A DNA stretch of 59,125 bases, from NCBI GenBank assembly GCA_964499705.1, contig CAZCME010000026.1:1-59125 (forward strand), given 5' to 3'. The notes beneath the pieces were generated by a model that ran no database searches, had not been told where the DNA came from, and was given only the letters and a program-made list of their open reading frames with translations. Of the stretch, positions 34,958 through 42,712 are shown piece after piece; position 1 is the stretch's first letter; every line of letters begins with the position of its first letter. Origin of the DNA: an uncultured bacterium (lineage in GTDB: Bacteria; UBA8481). The position numbers were made by a program, and so were the translations under genes.

Positions 34958-35141
34958 ACTCCGTTCCTCATCATCCCTTCCATCCCTCAAGCCGCAGGCC
35001 GGGGCTCTGCGCCACCCCCTCACCACCCGCCCCCTCACCGAGTCGTCGGCGCCCTCAACCTCGTCACACCCATGACGCTCCGCCCTTTATCCTAAGCCGC
35101 TTCGCGACTGACCGTCAAGGTGACAGTCCTGTTTATTTCGT

Positions 35142-35155
35142 TGTAAGCGGTTACA
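35142..35155. promoter_or_regulatory. Third copy of operator TGTAAGCGGTTACA in the divergent intergenic region
   Basis: Exact match to both O2 sites; a TATAAT follows at 35162-35167. Confidence 0.85.
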
Positions 35156-35276
35156 TCAGCATATAATGACGCATCACCGCGCGGGTCCCTCGCGGCGGCG
35201 CGGTGATTTCCCGACCCGATCGCGACGGATATCACGCGGGCACTTCGCCGGCCACCCTTTTTTCCCCTTATTATAC

Positions 35277-35304
35277 TTGCCAAAGCGTATTATCTACCTA
35301 TTAT
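35277..35304 (+). promoter_or_regulatory. Possible sigma70 promoter TTGCCA-N16-TATTAT for the lipoprotein and GH99-like genes
   Basis: Each hexamer is one base from consensus, with the same 16-nt spacing as the other two promoters, 46 nt upstream of the ATG. Confidence 0.45.
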
Positions 35305-35350
35305 CGGCTTGTCTAGGATGCGCCAGTTCAGGGGATGAGGAGGATGTTCC

Positions 35351-35926
35351 ATGAGGAAATCGTCGATTCTATTGACCACGGTACTTGTCTTGGCCGCCTG
35401 CGGAAAGACGGAAGCTCCGGCGCCCACGCCCGCTTTGCCGACCGCGGAGGTCGTCTCGGGGCAGCCCGCGCAGGAACCCGCGCCGGCTTCCGCGACAACA
35501 GTTTTCTGGCAGCAGAATTTTGATTCCGTCGAGGGGTGGTTCGACATGAATGACGACAAGTCATATGCGAGCCTACTGACGGGTGAATCCGGAGGGAAGG
35601 CGAAGCTGACGGAGGCGGGCCCGGATGAGTGGGGCAAGTCCGCAATTCTCATCAAGGATCTCGACATGTCCCGGGCCCCAATGCTCGAAGCGACCGTGGT
35701 TGCCATAGACGGCGGCAAGTGGGGCGTCGGCATTGTTCCCGATCCCTGGAACGACGCGGACTACAAGGAGCTTCTCCCGTGGCAGGAAGCGTCGGGCACC
35801 AAGACCGTGGATCTCGCCGCGGCCACGGGTTGGAGCGGCATGAAGAATGTGAACCTCGTCATCCTCGTCGCGAACGAAGGCAAGTCGGTCACGTTCGACG
35901 ACGTGAAGATTCAATACACGAAGTAA
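35351..35926 (+). CDS. Lipoprotein with Pro/Ala linker and probable carbohydrate-binding beta-sandwich domain (191 aa)
   Basis: Strong SD GAGGAGG, lipobox MRKSSILLTTVLVLAA|C, APAPTPALP linker, and a Trp-rich domain bounded by QQNFD and VTFDDVKI. Confidence 0.85.
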   Translation: MRKSSILLTTVLVLAACGKTEAPAPTPALPTAEVVSGQPAQEPAPASATTVFWQQNFDSVEGWFDMNDDKSYASLLTGESGGKAKLTEAGPDEWGKSAILIKDLDMSRAPMLEATVVAIDGGKWGVGIVPDPWNDADYKELLPWQEASGTKTVDLAAATGWSGMKNVNLVILVANEGKSVTFDDVKIQYTK

Positions 35927-35943
35927 AATAATCTGAGCGAGGC

Positions 35944-37809
35944 GTGAACCGGATCCGAAATCCTGCGCGCAATTTCGATTACGCGCGTGGGCATGCCGTT
36001 TCATTCATCGCGCTTTTGACGATCCTGGCTTGCGGATCGCCGCCCGCGGAGCCGCCATCGAGCCAGGTCGTTTTCGATGGGCCTCCCCTCGTCGTGGCTC
36101 ATTACATGCCCTGGTACTCGACGCCCGATGTCTCCGGCTCGTGGCGCCACTGGGCGGTCAATGAAGGCCACATTCCGAAACGTTTCTGGCACGATCCCGA
36201 ACGCAGGGACAAGAACGGCTGGCGCGATATCGCATCGGTCTTCCATCCCGCGATCGGTCCTTATGACTCGGCGGACCCCCACCTCTGCGAATATCACATC
36301 CTTCTGGCCCGGCTTGCCGGCATCGACGCGTTTGTCGCGGATTGGTATGGCCCTCAATCCTACGAGGACAAGGCCTTTTCCATGATGCGTCGGGTCGCCG
36401 GAGAGATCGGCGGCTTCAAGGTCATGATCTGCTGGGAGGACCAGGCGTGTTTTCCGCCGTACGCCTCCGTCCGCTCGCGTTCCGAAGCGCTCGAAGAAGC
36501 CATGAAAAACTTGCGGTTCCTCAACGAGACCTGGTTCTCCTCCGCGGCGTATCTCAGGATCGCAGGCCGTCCGGTCCTGACGAACTTCGCCTGGAACGAT
36601 CCCGGCTCCGACATGACCAAGGCCTGGGCCGCGACCGAATGGGACAGCATTCTCGCGCAGGCGAAGCATAGGCCGGTCTTTATTCACGACTGGCAATCGC
36701 ATCGAAAGGTGAATGAGTTCGAATCCTACGAATCCGTCATGCCATGGGGCTCGACGTATCACATGGAGAACGATGCTCCGGAATTCTGGAATTCTGCGGA
36801 CGCTTCACGCGGGAAAGGCCGCTTCTCGTTCCGGAGCGGCACGGTGCTCCCCGGATTCGATAATCGCGGCGTCGGAGGTTGGGGTTCCCAGGGCGCCATC
36901 GGCGTCACGCCGTTCGGCGACGGAAGAAAGCTCCAGGCCACGTTCGATGCGTGTCTTTCGCGACATCCGCAATTTGTCCAGATCGCGACCTGGAACGACT
37001 TCAACGAAGGGGCCACCATAGAACCTGTCCGAATCGGCGTGGCGATTCCCTCCTACCCGCAGGCTGGATACGGATACAGAATGCTCGATATCGTCCAGCA
37101 TAACGCTGGGCTTCTTAAAAACGCGACCTTCGACAGCGCGGCGCTCCGGATTCCCGCGTGGATCTACGCATGCCGCAAGCGGGCCGCCGCCACCGGCGAC
37201 AGCGCGGCTGGCTCACGCATCGACGCGGTTCGAACGCTGTTGCTTGTCGGAAAAACCGCGGAGGCACGGACTACCATCGAGGAAATCTACAATTCGTTTC
37301 CCGCGAAGCTCGTCACCAACAGGGATCTCGCGGCTTATGTCGAGCCAGTCGACCGGGGAGCCGTCGTCGATGTCGGTTGGGTCGCGGAATGGAACGTGAA
37401 CGATTGCCTGTGGAGATTCCAGAAGGATTTCGAGGACGATCAGCGCCCTCCTCATCCGGGCAGGCAATGGATCATCGGGCTCCATCCCAACTCCAAGGAC
37501 AAGCCCTGTCTCCTGACGCGCGCCTTCAAGCCCCGTCGGGACAGTCGGCTGACGCTGTCCGCCTCCTCGACCACCGCCCGCCCCAACGTCGCGGACTTCG
37601 CGCTCCGCGTCAAGATCGATGGAAAGGTGGTGCATGAAGAGGTCATTTCAGCCGGCCCGAAACCATCGCGCCATGGCTGGAAGAATGTCAGCGTCGCGCT
37701 GGGAAAATTCGCCGGACAGGAGATCGAGCTCGCCATCGAATGCGCCTCGGGAGGAAAAGATCCGTGGAATCATGAGCATGCGTTCCTGGCTGACGTCCGG
37801 GTAAGGTAG
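35944..37809 (+). CDS. GH99/GH71-like glycoside hydrolase, probable lipoprotein, with a C-terminal beta-sandwich domain (621 aa)
   Basis: VVAHYMPWY, DIASVFHPAIGPYDSAD, AGIDAFVADWYG, VLPGFDNRG and QIATWNDFNEGATIEP motifs; ILAC lipobox-like sequence. Confidence 0.85.
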   Translation: MNRIRNPARNFDYARGHAVSFIALLTILACGSPPAEPPSSQVVFDGPPLVVAHYMPWYSTPDVSGSWRHWAVNEGHIPKRFWHDPERRDKNGWRDIASVFHPAIGPYDSADPHLCEYHILLARLAGIDAFVADWYGPQSYEDKAFSMMRRVAGEIGGFKVMICWEDQACFPPYASVRSRSEALEEAMKNLRFLNETWFSSAAYLRIAGRPVLTNFAWNDPGSDMTKAWAATEWDSILAQAKHRPVFIHDWQSHRKVNEFESYESVMPWGSTYHMENDAPEFWNSADASRGKGRFSFRSGTVLPGFDNRGVGGWGSQGAIGVTPFGDGRKLQATFDACLSRHPQFVQIATWNDFNEGATIEPVRIGVAIPSYPQAGYGYRMLDIVQHNAGLLKNATFDSAALRIPAWIYACRKRAAATGDSAAGSRIDAVRTLLLVGKTAEARTTIEEIYNSFPAKLVTNRDLAAYVEPVDRGAVVDVGWVAEWNVNDCLWRFQKDFEDDQRPPHPGRQWIIGLHPNSKDKPCLLTRAFKPRRDSRLTLSASSTTARPNVADFALRVKIDGKVVHEEVISAGPKPSRHGWKNVSVALGKFAGQEIELAIECASGGKDPWNHEHAFLADVRVR

Positions 37810-37834
37810 CGCGAAAGGGACGGAGAAGCCCGCT

Positions 37835-39274
37835 TTACATTCCTCCGGGATTCCGCACGGGCCGCTCCGTCGTAATGACGTCAACTCCGAGTCGCTCCAG
37901 CTCTTTGTTCACTTCCACGAGCATTTCATCCCACACCGGGAAGGGGCGATCGACGCTGCCGGCGAAATCGAAGTTGCGAATGACCTCGCTGCCGCTCATG
38001 AGGCGGGCCGCAATAATGACGGCCCTGCCTTCGATCCAGTAATCTCCTTCGATGCTGTAAAGCGCCTTGTCGCGAACAAGCGTGTGCAATCCCGCCTTGC
38101 GCCAGTCGTGGCGCAATATTTCCATGGTCGCCTTGCCGAACCAGTCCAGGTCCTCGGGGCCCGAGCGGAATATGAATTCCGCCGCATGAAGCCCTTTGCG
38201 CCCCTCGCCCGCCATGGGTCTCCCCGCCTTCGCGGGACGTTCCCCCCAGTCGATCGGGGGTCTGCCGCCGCCGAACTGATACGTCAGCGAGACGAGATTC
38301 TGATCGCCGACTTCTCCGAAAGGCACATACGCGTAATCGACCGCGATATCGTTCCAGTGAAACGCGGCGCCGGCGGTGAAGCCCGAACCGACATCGTTGG
38401 CGGAATTGAAGCCCGCCCTCACGGCGAATTGCTTCGGGAGAACCCAGACTTCTCCTCCCACCTTCGCCTCCACATCCTGATCCTTCACCCAGACGACATC
38501 GCTCGTGAGACCGTATCGGCCGCCGGGCGAACGATACCCAAGGCCAAGCCGGAGCGTGATGGGGAGTTCCTCCCTTTCCCGCACGAACTGGAGCCGGGAA
38601 CCGAGATTGGCGATGGAAAGACCGACGGTGAGTCCCTGCAGCGGTTGGTACCATTTGAGGCCGAGGTCGACCGCGCCCGCCGTGGCGCTGAAGCGATCGA
38701 GCTTTTCGTGCACGATCTTCACCGAGGCTCCGACGTCGAGAAACCGCGACAATGCCCGCGCATACGTGATCGAGCCCGCGATGTCCGATCCATCCGAACG
38801 ACCGAGAATCTGGTTTGCGACACCGGAGGCGATCGTCGTTCGATCGATCTCGCCCAGGTCCACGTACAAAGCATTCACTCCGAGGGCGGCATTCGTTCCG
38901 ATCGGCTGGACGTAGCCGATGTAGTTGTACTGGAGATCCTCGAAGAGCGTGTTGTGAAAGAACCCAACCTCGCTGCGGCCGTTTCTCGCGATGCCCGACG
39001 GATTGAAATACAGCCCGTACGCGTCGTCAGCCCACGCAACTCCCGCCTCCCCCATCGCCCCCTGCCGCGCGCCGACACCGAAGTTGAGGAATTCCGCGCC
39101 CGTGGAACCCGCGTTGGAAACGGCTTCCACCGGTCCGATCATCATCATGAGGCAGACGCAGAAAATGATGAGACAGAAGAGATGACCAGATTTGGAAGCG
39201 ATTGAAATCGCGGGGGGCGGGCAGACGTATTCAGGTCCCCTCCGGAGCTTCTTACTCCAGTCGCTCCTGGTCAC
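37835..39274 (-). CDS. PorV/PorQ-like outer-membrane beta-barrel with C-terminal extension, copy 2 (479 aa)
   Basis: NAGSTGAEFLNFGVGARQGAMGEA, YFNPSGIA, and DYAYVPFGEVGDQNLVSLTYQF; clear paralog of 14893..16239. GTG start after AAAGGGG; the exact start is uncertain. Confidence 0.88.
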   Translation of the reverse strand: MTRSDWSKKLRRGPEYVCPPPAISIASKSGHLFCLIIFCVCLMMMIGPVEAVSNAGSTGAEFLNFGVGARQGAMGEAGVAWADDAYGLYFNPSGIARNGRSEVGFFHNTLFEDLQYNYIGYVQPIGTNAALGVNALYVDLGEIDRTTIASGVANQILGRSDGSDIAGSITYARALSRFLDVGASVKIVHEKLDRFSATAGAVDLGLKWYQPLQGLTVGLSIANLGSRLQFVREREELPITLRLGLGYRSPGGRYGLTSDVVWVKDQDVEAKVGGEVWVLPKQFAVRAGFNSANDVGSGFTAGAAFHWNDIAVDYAYVPFGEVGDQNLVSLTYQFGGGRPPIDWGERPAKAGRPMAGEGRKGLHAAEFIFRSGPEDLDWFGKATMEILRHDWRKAGLHTLVRDKALYSIEGDYWIEGRAVIIAARLMSGSEVIRNFDFAGSVDRPFPVWDEMLVEVNKELERLGVDVITTERPVRNPGGM

Positions 39275-39314
39275 CGTATCCCCTTTATGCCTTCCACCTT
39301 CATATCGGCCGAAA

Positions 39315-40976
39315 TCAACGAATCACCATGAACTTCTTCACGACGCGTTCGCCGTTCGGAGCCCGGATGACGGCGATGTAGGTGCCCGACGCCACCTCCC
39401 GGTTGTCGTCGGCATGGACGTCCCACTGGACGCTCCCGCCCGTGTTCGTCGCGTGAATCGTGGAGACGCGACGGCCGGTCACGGTGAAGATGTCGATATC
39501 GACGGTCGACGTCACGTTCCTGAAGATGATGCCCGTCGTGTTGTCGCCCTTGACGAACGGTTGGCCCGTTTGCGGATCGTTGTCGTATGGAATGAACGGA
39601 TTCGGATAGATGAGCACTCCCGAGAGGTTAGACGCGGGAGCGGCTCCGAAGACCGCGAAGTCCGTGAAGTGGCGCGTCCTGCAACGGATCACGTTCTTCA
39701 CGGGATCGATGACGCAGCCTTCCATCTTGATCCAGGTGGAGGAATTCCTGTCGTAGTAATAAATCGCGAGGTCTTTCTCGGCCACGGTGAGGCCCGCATC
39801 CGAGTAGGGCATCTCCATCGTCACCCAGTCATCGAATGTCGATTGTCCATCCTCTCGTTCAAAGCGGCGGTAATACCCGTCGCCCGGAATGACAAGACCG
39901 CTTCCCGGCAGGGGCGGCGGCGCATCGGGCGAGGATGTCCGGAAGATCGTGATCCGGATCCACATCGTGTCAGTCGAACCCATGGCTTCCGGCGGCATCG
40001 CGAACATCGAGCCTTCGACGACGAACGCCGTGTCGGTCGTCCACTTCACGTACCGGTGACGGCGGACGTGGATTCCCTCGATGGGATCGTTCCATTCGTT
40101 GATCCAGGAATCGGTCGCATCCTTCACGAGCCTGACATAGGTCGGGCTCGGATCCGTCTCGCCATTCGTATTGATGCCGACGGCGCGCACATAATAAGGC
40201 CCGTCCGCAACCAACTCGGTATTCCAGAGAATACCCCAGTAGGGAGGCGTCGTGTCCGGATTGGCATCGCTCCAGAGAGCCGTGGAGCAAGGCATCCAGG
40301 CTCCCCCCAGAGCGGAACGATACTCATAGAGAACGGAGGCGAAGGAGTCGCTGTAACCGACGGAGACCGTGACGGCGTTACCCGCGATCCGGACGCCTTC
40401 GTTCAATCCGGAGAGCCCCGGCGAGAGCGATACGATCGACGTGAAGGGTTCCGAGGTGTCGGTCACGACAAGCGTGCATGTGGTTGTCGACTGGTACCCG
40501 TTCCTGTCGAAGGCGATGATGGGCAGAACGAAAGTATCGGCGAAGACGGTGGAGTCGATCGTCAGCGACAGATTCCAGATCGAATCGCCGGATGTGGTAT
40601 CGGGCGCGATGCCGTCGTTTCTCAAGCTTGTGGAATCGGACCTGCCCATCAGGGAGAGATGGACGAGCACGGTATCGACGCTTGTCGTGTCCACCGCGGT
40701 AACGGAAATGACGACCGCGAAGTTTCCGTTGGAGACGGACGAAGGCGTGGCCCTTGCCGAAAGAATATCGGGGCCGGCCGTGTCGTACACCACGGTCTGC
40801 GTATCGGCGGCGTTGGAATAAGACGTCACCGTGCCGATGAACGGGGACGAATAATCGATCTGGGCCGTGTTGGTGATCCATGTGTTGGCCGGTGTTGCGG
40901 CCGATGTGGGAAGTATCAGCGCGCAGAGCAGCAGCAGCGTTAGCGCCGCCATGCCTGCGAAGGCAAACTTGTTCAT
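39315..40976 (-). CDS. Secreted anchor-like protein (553 aa): N-terminal DUF11-type donor hairpin, Ig-like anchor module, T9SS type A-like CTD
   Basis: Signal peptide MNKFAFAGMAALTLLLLCALILPTSAA, then TPANTWITNTAQIDY...SNAADTQTV. The rest aligns with the C-terminal ~490 aa of giant B and ends IYPNPF...WDVHADDNREVASGTYI...VVKKFMVIR. ATG 41081 is an alternative start. Confidence 0.88.
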   Translation of the reverse strand: MNKFAFAGMAALTLLLLCALILPTSAATPANTWITNTAQIDYSSPFIGTVTSYSNAADTQTVVYDTAGPDILSARATPSSVSNGNFAVVISVTAVDTTSVDTVLVHLSLMGRSDSTSLRNDGIAPDTTSGDSIWNLSLTIDSTVFADTFVLPIIAFDRNGYQSTTTCTLVVTDTSEPFTSIVSLSPGLSGLNEGVRIAGNAVTVSVGYSDSFASVLYEYRSALGGAWMPCSTALWSDANPDTTPPYWGILWNTELVADGPYYVRAVGINTNGETDPSPTYVRLVKDATDSWINEWNDPIEGIHVRRHRYVKWTTDTAFVVEGSMFAMPPEAMGSTDTMWIRITIFRTSSPDAPPPLPGSGLVIPGDGYYRRFEREDGQSTFDDWVTMEMPYSDAGLTVAEKDLAIYYYDRNSSTWIKMEGCVIDPVKNVIRCRTRHFTDFAVFGAAPASNLSGVLIYPNPFIPYDNDPQTGQPFVKGDNTTGIIFRNVTSTVDIDIFTVTGRRVSTIHATNTGGSVQWDVHADDNREVASGTYIAVIRAPNGERVVKKFMVIR

Positions 40977-41077
40977 CCGGCCATCCCGCCGATTTCGGGC
41001 GCACGTATCGAGCCGGGTCCGGGACGCACGTGTCGCGTCCGTCTTCAAAGCCGTGTTCCGCACGGCCGGCGATGCTC

Positions 41078-41497
41078 TCATCGAGCTCGCTCCGCGGGAG
41101 CCGCCGGGCTGATCAAGCCCGGCCGGCTGCCTCGCTGGAGCATGCACGTCGGGAAGGAGATCCCGGGTGCCATCGATTCGATTCGACGCGTTCCACACAA
41201 GTGTGTTCCTATCAACGGATGCCGGTTCGCGGTTGCGCGGTTCGCCGCGGGCGTTCTTGCCCGCGTTGCCGTCGCCGCCGCCGCCGGATCCGCCTTCCGC
41301 ACAAATGCGTACCGCACTAGTGCGTCCACCTTTCGGTGGTGGAACCGTCGTGGTCCGTCCGCGTGTTGTCGGATTCTCATGGAGAGCAGTTCTATCTGCC
41401 ATCCCGATCGATCCTTCCGTGCCAAAGCACGGCCACGCGGTATTTCATTCGCGCGTTCATGGATTCGCTCCACCCTTATCCGGGCGGGCGCGGTCAT
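41078..41497 (-). CDS. Possible hypothetical basic protein (139 aa)
   Basis: Fills the gap in the operon on the same strand, and its stop overlaps an in-frame ATG (41081) of the next gene. No recognisable motif and only a weak SD. Confidence 0.3.
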   Translation of the reverse strand: MTAPARIRVERIHERANEIPRGRALARKDRSGWQIELLSMRIRQHADGPRRFHHRKVDALVRYAFVRKADPAAAATATRARTPAANRATANRHPLIGTHLCGTRRIESMAPGISFPTCMLQRGSRPGLISPAAPAERAR

Positions 41498-41513
41498 CGG
41501 CCTAAGCGGCCTC

Positions 41514-41531
41514 GGAGACGCAAGCGTCTCC
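41514..41531 (-). terminator. GC-rich hairpin GGAGACGC-AA-GCGTCTCC downstream of the DUF11 gene (no U-tract; pause or stabilising stem)
   Basis: Perfect 8-bp inverted repeat 48 nt after the stop codon. Confidence 0.45.
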
Positions 41532-41579
41532 CCGCGTATCCGTCCCTCTACTGCCAGGTGCGGAGCTCATCCTCCGGGC

Positions 41580-42623
41580 CTATTGGATGAAGACCCTGAA
41601 ACGCACGAACTTGTTGTCTCCGGCCGCCACCTGGTTCTTGATCCATCGAACATGAGTGACCGTGCCGCCTGCGAATGTCGTCAGATTGGTCCAGTCGCCC
41701 GATGTGAACGAAGCGCTTGGATTGGCCAGCGTCGACACCTGGCAGATGAATCCTGCGTTGGTATCCGTCGCATGAAGCGTGGCGTCCGCGCCGAGCGTGA
41801 ACATCGAGTACGACGCCGTATCGAACGTGGTGTTCGCCGGAATCGTGTCCCGAATAATCACGGAATCGGCGGATGCCGTTCCAATGTTGTTATATGTCAA
41901 CCTGTAGGTGATTCGGGCGCCCGGTATCGGAGCGCTGGGATTGATGCCCATCGAAACGCTGTCGACGATCTTGTTGAGCGTCAGGCGCGCCGCGGCCAGA
42001 ACGGCGCCGGCAAATTCGTTCGAACCCGCTCCGCCTTCCGCGTACAGAATCCCGTTGTCACCCGTGTATTGTCCGGTCGAGTCGGCGGTCCCGACATTTC
42101 CCTGGTAGATTTTCAGTCGAAAATCCGCCCGGGCCTGATCCGGCGAATTGGCCGGCGTCGAGTGCGCCCAGATGGCGACGGAGCATTGCTTGGAGCCTCC
42201 TGCCGCCACGGTCGCGGCCGTGGTCCTCGTGTCCGCAAGCGCCCATGTGGAATCGTTGTCGACCCAGAGCTGGAACGTCCAGCCCACGGCGCCGTTGTTC
42301 AACGTGAAGCTGTCCACTTCGATCTGGAACGTATCGGCCCTGTTTCCGGTGTTATAGAAGGTGTAGGTGAAGATCTTCGTCTCACCGATGGAAAGACCCT
42401 GCGTGTCGATATTGCTGATGGTATCGCCCGCGATCGCCCTGACCGTCGTGTCTATGAACAGCGTTGTCGTTTCCTGGGCGTTGCCATTGACGTTGTACGT
42501 CACCTGCGCCCGATTGCTGAGTGTCGTGCCCGAAACCGTGCCGTTGGCGGAGGCGCGGGTCGGAAAGGCGATGAGCGCCAGCAACACCGCGCCCATGCTC
42601 CATGTCAGTCTGTTGAGATTCAC
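41580..42623 (-). CDS. Secreted DUF11 (conserved repeat domain) protein, candidate major pilin (347 aa)
   Basis: GTG start after AAGGAG and a signal peptide ending ASA. N-terminus GTVSGTTLSNRAQVTY. C-terminal LTLNK...PIPGARITYRLTYNNIGTASADSVIIRDTIPANTTF...VRWIK...VRFRVFIQ*. Confidence 0.88.
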   Translation of the reverse strand: MNLNRLTWSMGAVLLALIAFPTRASANGTVSGTTLSNRAQVTYNVNGNAQETTTLFIDTTVRAIAGDTISNIDTQGLSIGETKIFTYTFYNTGNRADTFQIEVDSFTLNNGAVGWTFQLWVDNDSTWALADTRTTAATVAAGGSKQCSVAIWAHSTPANSPDQARADFRLKIYQGNVGTADSTGQYTGDNGILYAEGGAGSNEFAGAVLAAARLTLNKIVDSVSMGINPSAPIPGARITYRLTYNNIGTASADSVIIRDTIPANTTFDTASYSMFTLGADATLHATDTNAGFICQVSTLANPSASFTSGDWTNLTTFAGGTVTHVRWIKNQVAAGDNKFVRFRVFIQ

Positions 42624-42712
42624 AATATTCTCCTTATCGAATCGATGTTTATCCGTTATCACGGGCTCCGGCCCCTCGCGCGGAATCCGTTGCTTCTATG
42701 GTTTGATCGTCA

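Noticed and set aside
37810-37834. Bidirectional terminator between the convergent GH99-like and PorV-like genes
   Set aside because: Only weak, interrupted pairing and no clear U-tract.
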